From positions 1-26,124 of the forward strand of contig CAYNEP010000001.1 in the NCBI GenBank assembly GCA_964396255.1: a stretch of 26,124 bases of DNA, read 5' to 3'. The notes under the pieces are model-generated. The model made no database searches. It was given only the letters and a program-made list of their open reading frames with translations, and was not told where the DNA came from. The position numbers and the translations under genes are program-made. Shown here piece by piece: positions 14,577-24,067 of this stretch (its first letter is position 1; every line of letters begins with the position of its first letter). The stretch comes from an uncultured Gammaproteobacteria bacterium. GTDB taxonomy: Bacteria; Patescibacteriota; Microgenomatia; UBA1406; HO2-37-13b.

Positions 14577-16469
14577 ATGAAATTCTATAATCCAATGCGT
14601 AGGCGCAAATTGCATCATAGTAAGAAAGCAAATCATAGAAAGAAACTATTAGTTTTTATCTTTGCTATTCTTTTTCTTGGATATTTCCTCATATATCGTC
14701 CCGCTACACGAATAAAAGCGCAGGCCACGAAAACAAAAGTTGCAGCAGATAAAGTCAAGGCGGCATTTGTTCTAAATGATATAACCCTTGTTAATAAAGA
14801 GATGAAAGTGTTTGAGGGTGAGTTTACTCAGTTACAAAAGGAATCAGAGACAATATATTGGATGAGATTTATTCCAATTCTTGGAGGCTATGTCGGTGAT
14901 TATCGTCATGGAATAGAAGCGGGAGACGCACTCATTGACGCAGGGAAGCAAGCAATTGCCGCAATAGAGCCACACGCAGATCTGATTGGTTTTAAAAAAG
15001 GTGAGGGATCATTTGCGCAAAAACCAGCTGAGGACAGAATTCAAACTGCTGTTCTTGCTCTGGACACCATAGTTGCAGATACCGATGAGATAGCTGTTAA
15101 GGTTGATGTAGCCCGGGAGCACATAGATAAGATTAATGTAAACAGATATCCAAATAATTTCGGCGGGAGGCCAATTAGACCACGAATTCAACAACTTGTC
15201 GATGCTTTCGATGGTGTCGCGACACTTTTTGTTGAGGCAAAACCGCTTATCAAAAAATTACCTGAGATTATGGGTACTCGTGAAGAGAAAACCTATATAG
15301 TGTTATTTCAAAATGATAAAGAGCTTCGCGCAACAGGAGGGTTCTTAACAGCATACGCAATTTTCAAGATTGATAAAGGTAAGTTTAAGGTTCAAGAGTC
15401 TAAAGATATTTATTCGCTTGACGACTCAATTCGCAATCATCCAGTTGGGCCTAAGGAAATTCTCACTTTTCATAAGGGTGTTTCAAAGTTTTATATAAGA
15501 GATAGTAATTTATCTCCAGATGTTCCAACGTCCGTTAAGCTATTTGAGTCGCTATATCAAAATAGTAGCGCCAAGCTTGATTATGACGGTATTATTTATG
15601 TGGATACACACGTGTTGGTTGCGACGCTTAAAATCCTTGGAGATACAGAGGTGAGAGGAACTCGGTTCTCAGCTGAAGAGGATAAGCGTTGTGACTGCCC
15701 ACAGGTCATCTATAAGCTTTTGGATGAAATTGATAGACCTGTACAATACATTAAAACCGATAGAAAAGGAATATTAGGTGATCTTTTATATGCACTTATG
15801 CAAAAGGCACTTGGGTTTTCCCCATCTCAATACTGGGGACCTCTCTCTCAAGAGTTATTGAGAGATCTGGATGAAAAACATATTCAGGTTTATCTTAAAG
15901 ATGAATCCGCACAAAAAGCCATTGAGACTATTGGGTATGGTGGAAGAATTAGGCCATATGATGGTGATTATTTACATATAAATGATGTTAATTTTGCAGG
16001 TGCTAAGTCAAATTTGTTTGTGACACAGTCTGTCACGAGCAAAACTACTATTAACAACGATAAAACAGTCGACAGGGAAGTTGTTATAGAATATAGAAAT
16101 CCATACCCTCCTTCAAATTGCAATCTTGAGGCTGGACAGCTATGTATTAACGCCGTTCTTCGCAACTGGCTAAGAGTTTATACCCCAAAAGGTTCTAAGT
16201 TAATCCAGTTTTCTGGATCTGAGAAGAAGGCCCGATCATATGATGAGCTTGAGAAGACTGTATTTGAGGGATTCTTAAGAGTGTCACCAATGGGAAAGTC
16301 GATAGTTACTATCAAGTACAGGCTGCCATTTAACGTTGAAAGTGATGATGATTACAAGCTTTTTATTCAGAAACAAGGAGGAACAGAAGGTAACAAATAT
16401 ACAATCTTGGTAAATGACAAAAAAACCGAGACAAATCTAACTAAAGACTACGAGTTGAAGCTTCAATAA
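14577..16469 (+). CDS. DUF4012-domain membrane-anchored extracytoplasmic protein
   Basis: Basic N-terminus plus TM; YIVLFQNDKELRATGGF, RDSNLSPD, DGIIYVD, WLRVYTPKGS, IQKQGG. Confidence 0.82.
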   Translation: MKFYNPMRRRKLHHSKKANHRKKLLVFIFAILFLGYFLIYRPATRIKAQATKTKVAADKVKAAFVLNDITLVNKEMKVFEGEFTQLQKESETIYWMRFIPILGGYVGDYRHGIEAGDALIDAGKQAIAAIEPHADLIGFKKGEGSFAQKPAEDRIQTAVLALDTIVADTDEIAVKVDVAREHIDKINVNRYPNNFGGRPIRPRIQQLVDAFDGVATLFVEAKPLIKKLPEIMGTREEKTYIVLFQNDKELRATGGFLTAYAIFKIDKGKFKVQESKDIYSLDDSIRNHPVGPKEILTFHKGVSKFYIRDSNLSPDVPTSVKLFESLYQNSSAKLDYDGIIYVDTHVLVATLKILGDTEVRGTRFSAEEDKRCDCPQVIYKLLDEIDRPVQYIKTDRKGILGDLLYALMQKALGFSPSQYWGPLSQELLRDLDEKHIQVYLKDESAQKAIETIGYGGRIRPYDGDYLHINDVNFAGAKSNLFVTQSVTSKTTINNDKTVDREVVIEYRNPYPPSNCNLEAGQLCINAVLRNWLRVYTPKGSKLIQFSGSEKKARSYDELEKTVFEGFLRVSPMGKSIVTIKYRLPFNVESDDDYKLFIQKQGGTEGNKYTILVNDKKTETNLTKDYELKLQ

Positions 16470-16475
16470 TTTACA

Positions 16476-17015
16476 ATGCGCCATTCATTAAACGATGAGG
16501 GCTTAGTTTTGAAAAAAATAATACTTGGCGAGCGAGACGTCCTCTTGACTCTTCTCTCCAAAACTCAGGGGAAATTAATAGTAAGAGCTTATGGGGTTAA
16601 AAAAATAACTAGTCGACGCATCTCACACCTTGAGACTGGAAATTATATTAAGTTCTCGCTAACTAAAACAGGTAGTCGACTAGCTCTTGGTGAGACAGAG
16701 CTTATGTGGGGATATTCACTTATTAAAAGTTCAAAACATAAAATGGAACTTCTCTATTTGCTCTTCATAATATTGAATAAAATTCTACCGGAAGAGCATA
16801 ATGAGCAGATGACATTTGATCTTGTCATTTCATATCTTAAGGAATTGAATAACAACAAGGTTGTAGCACCAGATGGGCTTGACGTAACACTAAAATCATT
16901 ACTTATGTCACTTGGGTATATCGATCAAAAAACAGCAAGTCTTCCTTTATTTAATCCAGTCACATTTGTCGAGGAGATGACGAATCAAAAAGTTCAAAAG
17001 TCATACCTTAAGTAA
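16476..17015 (+). CDS. recO: DNA repair protein RecO (short form)
   Basis: EGLVLKK..LGERDVLLTLLSKTQGKL...AYGVKKITSRRISHLE (RecO OB fold) followed by a short helical region; 179 aa. Confidence 0.85.
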   Translation: MRHSLNDEGLVLKKIILGERDVLLTLLSKTQGKLIVRAYGVKKITSRRISHLETGNYIKFSLTKTGSRLALGETELMWGYSLIKSSKHKMELLYLLFIILNKILPEEHNEQMTFDLVISYLKELNNNKVVAPDGLDVTLKSLLMSLGYIDQKTASLPLFNPVTFVEEMTNQKVQKSYLK

Positions 17016-18096
17016 GCTTTTCAAGATCTGTATCCTTGAGGGATTCAACAAGAGTTTTAATTTTTGATACACTTGTTTTTTTGGTCACAAGTAATACATC
17101 TGGGGTATTAACTATCAGGAAATCATTTAGATCAATGCCAACTATTGTTTTTTCATCTTCGTGATTGAAAACGAGCGTATCTTGTGAATCTTTAAGGTGT
17201 ACGTTACCACGAGTTACATTGGCAGTTTTAGAATCTTGCAAAGCCTCCTTAAGTTGCTCCCATGCACCAACATCGCTCCAACCAAAATCAGATGAAATTA
17301 CAATTGCATCGTTTGGATCAACGTGCTCTATAACGGCATTATCAAAGTGAATTTTCTCAAGCGTTGGGTAAATTTCCTGTAATACACTTTCATATGATGG
17401 TGTATCAATTGCATCATAAATTATTTTGAGTTGTCGAAATAATTTTGGGGCATGAATCTCAAACAATTTCCATAAATATGTTGATGTTACTAAAAAGTAT
17501 CCTGGATTCCAGACGTGCTTGCCAGTTGCAAAATAGCTATTTGCTGTTTCGGGATCAGGTCGATATTTCCATCCTTTAAACTTGTAGAAAGGAATATCTG
17601 AGTTCGTTTCAATTTGGCTACCAATCTTGATCCATCCTAAATTAGTTGAGGCAAATCTTGGTTGTTGGCCGAAAAATACAATTTTATTTGGATTTTCCTT
17701 TATATAAGCCTCTCCAGCGTAGAGCATGGCACGAAACTTAACCTCATCCTTTACAAGGTGGTCACTGCCCCAAAGTATTGCTATGGGTTCGTCTTTGAAC
17801 TTTTTAGCAAATAGTGCCGCCACAAGTCCAACTGCAGGTCCGACGTCGCGCATGACAGGTTCTAGAATTAAATGAGATTCCTTTAAATCTGGCACTTGAT
17901 CTATAAGATCGTTCTTATAGTCAGCACCAGTTGAGACGTAGATATCATCAAAAGAAAACTCTGGAACAAGACGATCAATTGCTAGCTGAAACATGGTCTT
18001 TTGGTGAATATAGCTTCTGAATTGTTTAGGCGATTTGCTCCTTGAGAGCGGCCAAAGACGAGTGCCTGTTCCTCCTACAAAAATTACTGCTTTCAT
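17008..18096 (-). CDS. manC: Mannose-1-phosphate guanylyltransferase-like nucleotidyltransferase (monofunctional, no cupin/PMI domain)
   Basis: GGTGTRLWPLSRSKSPKQF, EPVMRDVGPA, SDH, WNPG, WSDVGAW, C-terminal beta-helix. Confidence 0.85.
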   Translation of the reverse strand: MKAVIFVGGTGTRLWPLSRSKSPKQFRSYIHQKTMFQLAIDRLVPEFSFDDIYVSTGADYKNDLIDQVPDLKESHLILEPVMRDVGPAVGLVAALFAKKFKDEPIAILWGSDHLVKDEVKFRAMLYAGEAYIKENPNKIVFFGQQPRFASTNLGWIKIGSQIETNSDIPFYKFKGWKYRPDPETANSYFATGKHVWNPGYFLVTSTYLWKLFEIHAPKLFRQLKIIYDAIDTPSYESVLQEIYPTLEKIHFDNAVIEHVDPNDAIVISSDFGWSDVGAWEQLKEALQDSKTANVTRGNVHLKDSQDTLVFNHEDEKTIVGIDLNDFLIVNTPDVLLVTKKTSVSKIKTLVESLKDTDLEKLT

Positions 18097-18102
18097 ACCG
18101 AT

Positions 18103-19197
18103 TTATTTTGTAATTGTTTGGAACCTATTTATAAATAATGATAAGGAAAATTTGGAGAGGTGAGCCGATGTGTACTTTTTCATATTATCCTGAAAAGTGT
18201 ATGCAATTGTATCGAACTTTTCAATCGCAGATTTTATAGATTTTAGGCTGTTGTCCTCAACTAAAATACCTGTTTTATTGTCTAAGACTGTCTCAATTGC
18301 TCCACCCTTTTTATAAGCAATAACTGGGCAGTTGAAAAACTGAGACTCGAGAGAGGTATATCCAAAGTCTTCTTCCTGCATCATTATTGTTGCTCTTGCA
18401 GTTTGATAATATTTTGATAATTCTTCATCAGTGATGAATTTTTTAAAAAAAATATTTGATCCAGCCAAGCTCTTGAGTTTTTCCTCTTGGCTTCCAGTTC
18501 CAACAATCAGAAGTGTGTTTTTATACAGCCTATTAAAGGTTCGAATAATTGGCTCGATATTCTTATATGGCTCGAGTCGTGAAACAACAAGATAAAATGA
18601 TTCTCTTTTAAGTTTTTTGTTGCTATATCTACTCCAATAGTCTGTATCAAATGGTGGATAAACAACATCGCCGTCAAGATCATAATATTTATTTAGCCGT
18701 TTTTTTATTTCATTTGAGATTACAAAATAGCGATCGGGTCTTTTGGATGCTATTCTATCCCAGCGTTTTAGGTAATTAATATAGGGACCAGCAAAAATGT
18801 TTAAGAAGCCAAGGCTGCGGCGTGTTTTTGTCTCGTGCCATAGATAGCGAGTTGGTGTTAGTAGGTAGCAGACGTGAAGTGTTTCTGGCCTAGTTATAAC
18901 GGCCTTGGCAAAAGATGAAGTAATACTTATAACTATATCGTACCCCTTAAAGTCAAATGATTCAAATGCATATGGGTAAAAAGGTGAAGAGAGAATTCTG
19001 TTTGTTTTGATAAATTTAGGAAAGTTTTGCATAAACGATTGTTTGATTTTAAGATTTTTTGCCCATGGTGCTTTTTCTTCATCATAGTATGAAGTAAAAA
19101 ACTGGGCATTCGGGTATTCTCTAAAAAGTGTTAAAAGTATTCTTTCAACACCACCCCATTTATCAATCCAATCATAGATAATTGCAATTTTCTTCAT
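18103..19197 (-). CDS. GT4 glycosyltransferase (WbaZ-like, probable mannosyltransferase)
   Basis: IAIIYDW..WGGVER, VSRLEPYK, EDFGYTSLE. Confidence 0.88.
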   Translation of the reverse strand: MKKIAIIYDWIDKWGGVERILLTLFREYPNAQFFTSYYDEEKAPWAKNLKIKQSFMQNFPKFIKTNRILSSPFYPYAFESFDFKGYDIVISITSSFAKAVITRPETLHVCYLLTPTRYLWHETKTRRSLGFLNIFAGPYINYLKRWDRIASKRPDRYFVISNEIKKRLNKYYDLDGDVVYPPFDTDYWSRYSNKKLKRESFYLVVSRLEPYKNIEPIIRTFNRLYKNTLLIVGTGSQEEKLKSLAGSNIFFKKFITDEELSKYYQTARATIMMQEEDFGYTSLESQFFNCPVIAYKKGGAIETVLDNKTGILVEDNSLKSIKSAIEKFDTIAYTFQDNMKKYTSAHLSKFSLSLFINRFQTITK

Positions 19198-19198
19198 G

Positions 19199-20323
19199 TT
19201 AATTCAGTATCATTTTATAAATGCCATACGTCGTGTTTCCCATCGCTCCAAATGAAAACTGATTAATTACTGAACTATTAATACATTCTGCGTCAGAACG
19301 AATCGGGTTATTTTCTAAAAATTTACCAATTGTATCTTTCATCGATAGAGTCTCCATAGGATCAAAAAAATATTGATACTTGTTGCCAACTAGCTCTTTA
19401 AACACAGGAATGTCTGACAAGATAACCGGGCATTTAAAATGATTAGCCTCAATAATAGGAAGACCAAATCCTTCAGTTAATGATGGTTGAACGAGTGCTA
19501 GTGCATTTTTATAGAAAAACACTCGGTCTTCAAGTGTTGCGTTAAAGTGGAAAAGAATTGACCTATTATTCTCAACAGCCTGTGCTAGCTCAACAATCCT
19601 GGATGCAAAAAAATCTTTTGGACCGGCAAGAACGAGTTTTACATTTGTATCAAGCATGCTAAATGCGCTAATTAGTCTCTCAATATTTTTATGGGGGTAA
19701 AAGTTTCCTAGGCGAACTATAAATGGGTCTTTATAAATACTTTTCAATGTATTATTCGATTTGCTGGTAAGAAGACCTTCATCCACACCTTCGTATGTGA
19801 CTGTTATCTTTTGTTTATTTGTCTGTTTAAAGCGTTTTAATATTTGGTCACAAACTGCTTTACTTGGAGTTATGATATGGGCAGCCTTGCTTATGCCCCA
19901 ATAGAGAAGAAACTTATATGCGTTGTATTTAAATTCATATGCAAGAGGATGTAGTGTTGTTGCTTGTCCGGTTTTAAAGTCAAGAGGCGTAAGATCGTGT
20001 ATCGTAAGAACGAATGGTCGGGTATAGAGAATAGGATAACTAAAGTAAGTAAAATGCATGAGGTCAAGATTGTATTTTGAAATAGTTTTAAAGAATGATA
20101 CTTGTTCGTTAAAACTGTGCCATCGAGCATAAGTCTCGACAATAGTAACGTTTGAGAGAGATATACTTTTGGCTATTACCTTTCTGCCATTTGAGTCTGT
20201 AAAAAGATACAATTCAAATTGATTCTTTTCGAGTGGCAAATTTCGCAATAAATTTTGAATATAAATACCAACTCCGGTCTCATTAATAAGTCGACAGTCA
20301 ATTCCAATTCGTTTCTTTTGCAT
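19199..20323 (-). CDS. GT4 glycosyltransferase
   Basis: IGIDCR..TGVGIY, TIHDL, GNFYPHKN, EGFGLPIIEA. Confidence 0.9.
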   Translation of the reverse strand: MQKKRIGIDCRLINETGVGIYIQNLLRNLPLEKNQFELYLFTDSNGRKVIAKSISLSNVTIVETYARWHSFNEQVSFFKTISKYNLDLMHFTYFSYPILYTRPFVLTIHDLTPLDFKTGQATTLHPLAYEFKYNAYKFLLYWGISKAAHIITPSKAVCDQILKRFKQTNKQKITVTYEGVDEGLLTSKSNNTLKSIYKDPFIVRLGNFYPHKNIERLISAFSMLDTNVKLVLAGPKDFFASRIVELAQAVENNRSILFHFNATLEDRVFFYKNALALVQPSLTEGFGLPIIEANHFKCPVILSDIPVFKELVGNKYQYFFDPMETLSMKDTIGKFLENNPIRSDAECINSSVINQFSFGAMGNTTYGIYKMILN

Positions 20324-20327
20324 GGAA

Positions 20328-21221
20328 TTATAATTTGGCTTTTAAATCAATGAGAAAATAGATAAGGGAGTTGACAAAATTGGGATAATTTTTCGCGTAA
20401 TGTTTCTTGTAAAAAATCTTCATAGCGTTGTAAAAATGATATCGAGTTTTAGTCTGTGTTTCTTTAGTTGATTTGAGTCCACTCTGATGTTTTAGATGAA
20501 GTATGACAAATTCGGGATAATAAATCACTTTCAAGTCTCTCTCTTTAATTCTATATGCTAAGTCAATATCCTCTCCATACATAAAGAAGTTCGTATCAAA
20601 TCCGTGCAAGGTTTTATAGAGTGCAGTTGGCATTAGGAAAAAGGCACCCGCAGGACAGTCAATTTCGTGTATATGTGAAAGGTTCATGTGTGTTAAATGA
20701 TAGCCACCAAAAATTCGATTGAGAGGAGTTTGGGCAGTTAGTCTTTCTAACCCGCTAAAAAAGCAAAACGATCGCCAAATTGTTGGGAAGCCTCTATGAG
20801 AAGCTGGATCTATTGCTCCATGTGGAAATCGAACCTTAACAGTGAGCAGACCAACGTCTTGGTTCAATTCGATATACTCTATAAGTGATGAAAAGTTTAC
20901 ATTCTCAATTAATGTGTCGCTATTAAGTAATAGCGTGTAAGAGTACTTGGCTCTTTTTACTCCTTGGTTGTTGGCAGCGCCAAATCCAATATTCTTTTTA
21001 TTACTGATTAGATATATTGGAACCTGAGACCTCTTAATATATGATTTTATCGAAGATGTAGACGTGTCAACCGATGCGTTATCAACAACAATTATCTCGC
21101 TTTTAAGTTTTTGATCCCGAGACAGGGCGTAGTTTAGAGATTTTAGACAATCAAGAGTTAATCTCTCTGTGTTATAAGAAATTATTATTACGGATAAACC
21201 TTTTTGAAGATTATTATTCAT
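20328..21221 (-). CDS. GT2 glycosyltransferase (WbbL-like)
   Basis: LSVIIISYN, VVDNAS, NIGFGAANN, LLLNSD, FMYGEDIDL. Start set to ATG 21221 to avoid a 62-nt overlap with the upstream gene. Confidence 0.9.
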   Translation of the reverse strand: MNNNLQKGLSVIIISYNTERLTLDCLKSLNYALSRDQKLKSEIIVVDNASVDTSTSSIKSYIKRSQVPIYLISNKKNIGFGAANNQGVKRAKYSYTLLLNSDTLIENVNFSSLIEYIELNQDVGLLTVKVRFPHGAIDPASHRGFPTIWRSFCFFSGLERLTAQTPLNRIFGGYHLTHMNLSHIHEIDCPAGAFFLMPTALYKTLHGFDTNFFMYGEDIDLAYRIKERDLKVIYYPEFVILHLKHQSGLKSTKETQTKTRYHFYNAMKIFYKKHYAKNYPNFVNSLIYFLIDLKAKL

Positions 21222-21234
21222 ACGTGAAGTTGTG

Positions 21235-21840
21235 TTATCTAAACCATGCTGCTCGACCAAGTCTATAGTTAGGTTCTTTATTTTGTCTGCTGCCAATCAC
21301 TTTAGCGGGTACACCTCCGACAATCGTGTATTGGTCAACGTCCTTTGTAACTACTGCCCCAGCGGCTATGATTGCTCCAGTTCCAATAGTTATTCCAGGT
21401 AGAATAATTACGCGCGGTCCAATAAATACATAGTCGCCTATAATGACATCCTGTTTTACTACCTCTTCAATTGCAGCAAAGTGAACGCTTTCTGTATTGT
21501 GCTGACTGTTATAGATCATGACACCACTTGCAATATCTACATGATTGCCAATCGTAAGATCGGCCCTTCCATCAAGCGTAACAAACTCACCAATTATGCT
21601 ATCTTTGCCTATTACAATGTTGTGAGGATTATAAAATCGCGCGTACATGTGAATGGTTGATCCATTTCCAATTTTCATACCAGCAATTCTGTAAAAAAAT
21701 CGTCTTACGTGATGAATTGGAAAGGCTCCAATGCAGTGTAATATGTATACCTCAAGCTCCATAATAATTGAATAGAGTCTAAAGAACCCTCTATTAATAA
21801 GTTCCAAAAACGTTAATGTTTTGCCTGTTTTATCTTTCAT
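21235..21840 (-). CDS. Hexapeptide-repeat (left-handed beta-helix) sugar O-acetyltransferase
   Basis: IGNGSTI/IGKDSII/IGNHVDI repeats and IGTGAIIAAGAVVTKDV...GGVPAK. Confidence 0.9.
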   Translation of the reverse strand: MKDKTGKTLTFLELINRGFFRLYSIIMELEVYILHCIGAFPIHHVRRFFYRIAGMKIGNGSTIHMYARFYNPHNIVIGKDSIIGEFVTLDGRADLTIGNHVDIASGVMIYNSQHNTESVHFAAIEEVVKQDVIIGDYVFIGPRVIILPGITIGTGAIIAAGAVVTKDVDQYTIVGGVPAKVIGSRQNKEPNYRLGRAAWFR

Positions 21841-22943
21841 CTTGATTTTGTAGCTTGAGTAAGAACATCAAGAGTTTCTTGTCCACACTTGCTCCAGGTA
21901 TACTTTTTAACTTGTTGTCTGCCACGGGCAATAAGCTCTTTTCGTATTGTAGCATTACTAATAACCTTGTGTATAACTTTAGCGATCTCATCTTCATCTT
22001 GCGGGTCAAAATATAAGGCGGCAGATGCGCCAATTTCGCTTAAAGCCCCTGTGTTTGATGCAACAACAGGGCAATTAAAGTACATCGCTTCAAGCATGGG
22101 GTATCCAAACCCTTCATAAAGCCCCGGTAAGACTACGAGCGATGCATGTTTATACAAGCTTTTGAGAGCCGAATCATCAACAAAACCTGTAAATAGAACA
22201 CTTGTATCCAGTTTCAGATCTTGAACCATGTTAAATACGTCATCATAAAGCCATCCCTTCTTTCCTACGATAACGAGTTGGTATGATGTGTCCTTTTCTC
22301 TTAAAATTGAGAAAGCTTTTAATAATTTTGGAATATTCTTTCTTGGTTGAAGCGTGCCGACAGTTAGGAGGTAAGGCTTATGTATATTTTCAGGTAGTCT
22401 TGAGTCATGACCTGTTGTCTCGAGTGACACTCTAAACCCATTGGATATAACAGATAATTTTTTACCCGGAATATTGTAATATTTCCGTGCGTCTTTGGCT
22501 GTATTTTCAGATACACAGATAACATGGGTTGATGAGTTGGTAGCATGTCGTGTCCAGTTGTTGAGTTTGTATAAGTCTTTTTGTAAGAATTCATTTGGAT
22601 AGAATATGTAACCCAAGTCATGTAATGTGACTACGGTTGGGACAGGACAAAAACGCGGGATGTAGTGTGCTGGTGAGAAAAATACATCAATTCCACGACG
22701 GAGGTATAAATCAAAGGGAAGAAATATTTGTGACCAGCCAAACTTGCCATTTACTACTCTGTACTTAAAGTATTTATTTTCTTTTGGCATGTGACTCTTT
22801 GGGGATTCTTTAAGATAGACCGAAAAAATAAGATTTTGATTACATTTCTTATTAAAGAAACTAAGAAGTTCGTAGGCATATACGGAGACGCCAACTCTAG
22901 ACTCAACATTCGCTTCGTTGCCATCCACACCAATATGTATCAT
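21837..22943 (-). CDS. GT4 glycosyltransferase
   Basis: IGVDGNEA...GVSVY, TLHDL, GTLQPRKN, EGFGYPMLEA. Confidence 0.9.
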   Translation of the reverse strand: MIHIGVDGNEANVESRVGVSVYAYELLSFFNKKCNQNLIFSVYLKESPKSHMPKENKYFKYRVVNGKFGWSQIFLPFDLYLRRGIDVFFSPAHYIPRFCPVPTVVTLHDLGYIFYPNEFLQKDLYKLNNWTRHATNSSTHVICVSENTAKDARKYYNIPGKKLSVISNGFRVSLETTGHDSRLPENIHKPYLLTVGTLQPRKNIPKLLKAFSILREKDTSYQLVIVGKKGWLYDDVFNMVQDLKLDTSVLFTGFVDDSALKSLYKHASLVVLPGLYEGFGYPMLEAMYFNCPVVASNTGALSEIGASAALYFDPQDEDEIAKVIHKVISNATIRKELIARGRQQVKKYTWSKCGQETLDVLTQATKSR

Positions 22944-24067
22944 GATAGTGTTGTATTTATAACTTTTACAAAGTCATCTTTGAAGCGTTTTAAAGAAAAC
23001 ATTCTAGAAGTATTGAGAGATTGTTTCTTTAGTTTTGCTCGTAGCTGACTATCGCTAATTAGACAGCGTATCGCCTGTTTTATCTGACCTGAACTTGTTG
23101 GATCAAAAAGCAAACATGTATTTTTACCAATTTCTCCAAGTGATGAGTTAGAAGAGCACGCACATGGTGCTCCCATCATCATGGCCTCCACCAGTGGATA
23201 TCCAAATCCTTCATATAAGGAAGGCATTATAAATCCATAAGTTTCTTTGTAAAGTTGGTACAGATCATTATCTGGCACAAATCCTAGAAATTTAATTGAA
23301 GGTGTTACTCGTTTACTAACGTCTCCCCACCCTGATGGGCCAATTATAATCAAGTCAACATTGCTTGGTTTGAGTTCTAGAAAAGCTTCAACTAATTTGG
23401 AAATGTTCTTTCGTGGCTCAAGTTTGCCAACTGTCAATAGGTATGGTTTGATAATACCATATTTTGATAATACATTTTCAGAAGACTCTCTTATGGTTGG
23501 AGGGTTAAATCCTGGATAGACTACTGAAATTTTACTCTTTGGAATATTTAGTATTTCTACCAAGTCAGATGAAGTGCTTTTTGAATCTGCCACAATACTA
23601 TTGCTCTCTTTTTTGACCCAGCTCAAACGTCTTTTCTGGGTCTTGACAATATTTGATCGAAGCGTAAGGTTTCGAATATTAAAATCGTACTTTTGAGTTG
23701 AAGTCTCTGGATATTTATAGACAACCAGATCGTGCACAACGGTCATTTTCTTGGACCTCTTCGTTGGTGGTTCCGTCCAGTCTGATGTTATGAAAAGATC
23801 GATATCACCAATAAAATTCTCAATTGGGGTAATGTGGAGTCTGTTCCATAAGACATCAAGAGCGATTGGAGGTAGGGAAAAGTAATTCACAGGTTTGTTC
23901 TCAAGTAGTCTTTTGATATCATCTCCTAGATTGCCACGAAGTGTTGATAAGAAATAGCTGTATTCATGTGTTGAATCTAGCTCCAGTGCTTGGATTAAGT
24001 TGCTTGTATATCGAGCAACACCACTGCCTTGATAGACTATCTGTGATATATCAACAGCTATTTTCAT
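22940..24067 (-). CDS. GT4 glycosyltransferase
   Basis: IAVDIS...SGVARY, VVHDL, GKLEPRKN, EGFGYPLVEA. Confidence 0.9.
   Translation of the reverse strand: MKIAVDISQIVYQGSGVARYTSNLIQALELDSTHEYSYFLSTLRGNLGDDIKRLLENKPVNYFSLPPIALDVLWNRLHITPIENFIGDIDLFITSDWTEPPTKRSKKMTVVHDLVVYKYPETSTQKYDFNIRNLTLRSNIVKTQKRRLSWVKKESNSIVADSKSTSSDLVEILNIPKSKISVVYPGFNPPTIRESSENVLSKYGIIKPYLLTVGKLEPRKNISKLVEAFLELKPSNVDLIIIGPSGWGDVSKRVTPSIKFLGFVPDNDLYQLYKETYGFIMPSLYEGFGYPLVEAMMMGAPCACSSNSSLGEIGKNTCLLFDPTSSGQIKQAIRCLISDSQLRAKLKKQSLNTSRMFSLKRFKDDFVKVINTTLS

Noticed and set aside
14568-14579. (TA)n palindrome CATATATATATG before the DUF4012 start as a phase-variation tract
   Set aside because: Only about five units, intergenic, and expected by chance in AT-rich DNA.
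20324-20332. TATAAT just upstream of the GT4 start at 20323
   Set aside because: Only 3 nt from the ATG and formed by the upstream gene's last codon and stop (TTA TAA), so the spacing is too short for a promoter.
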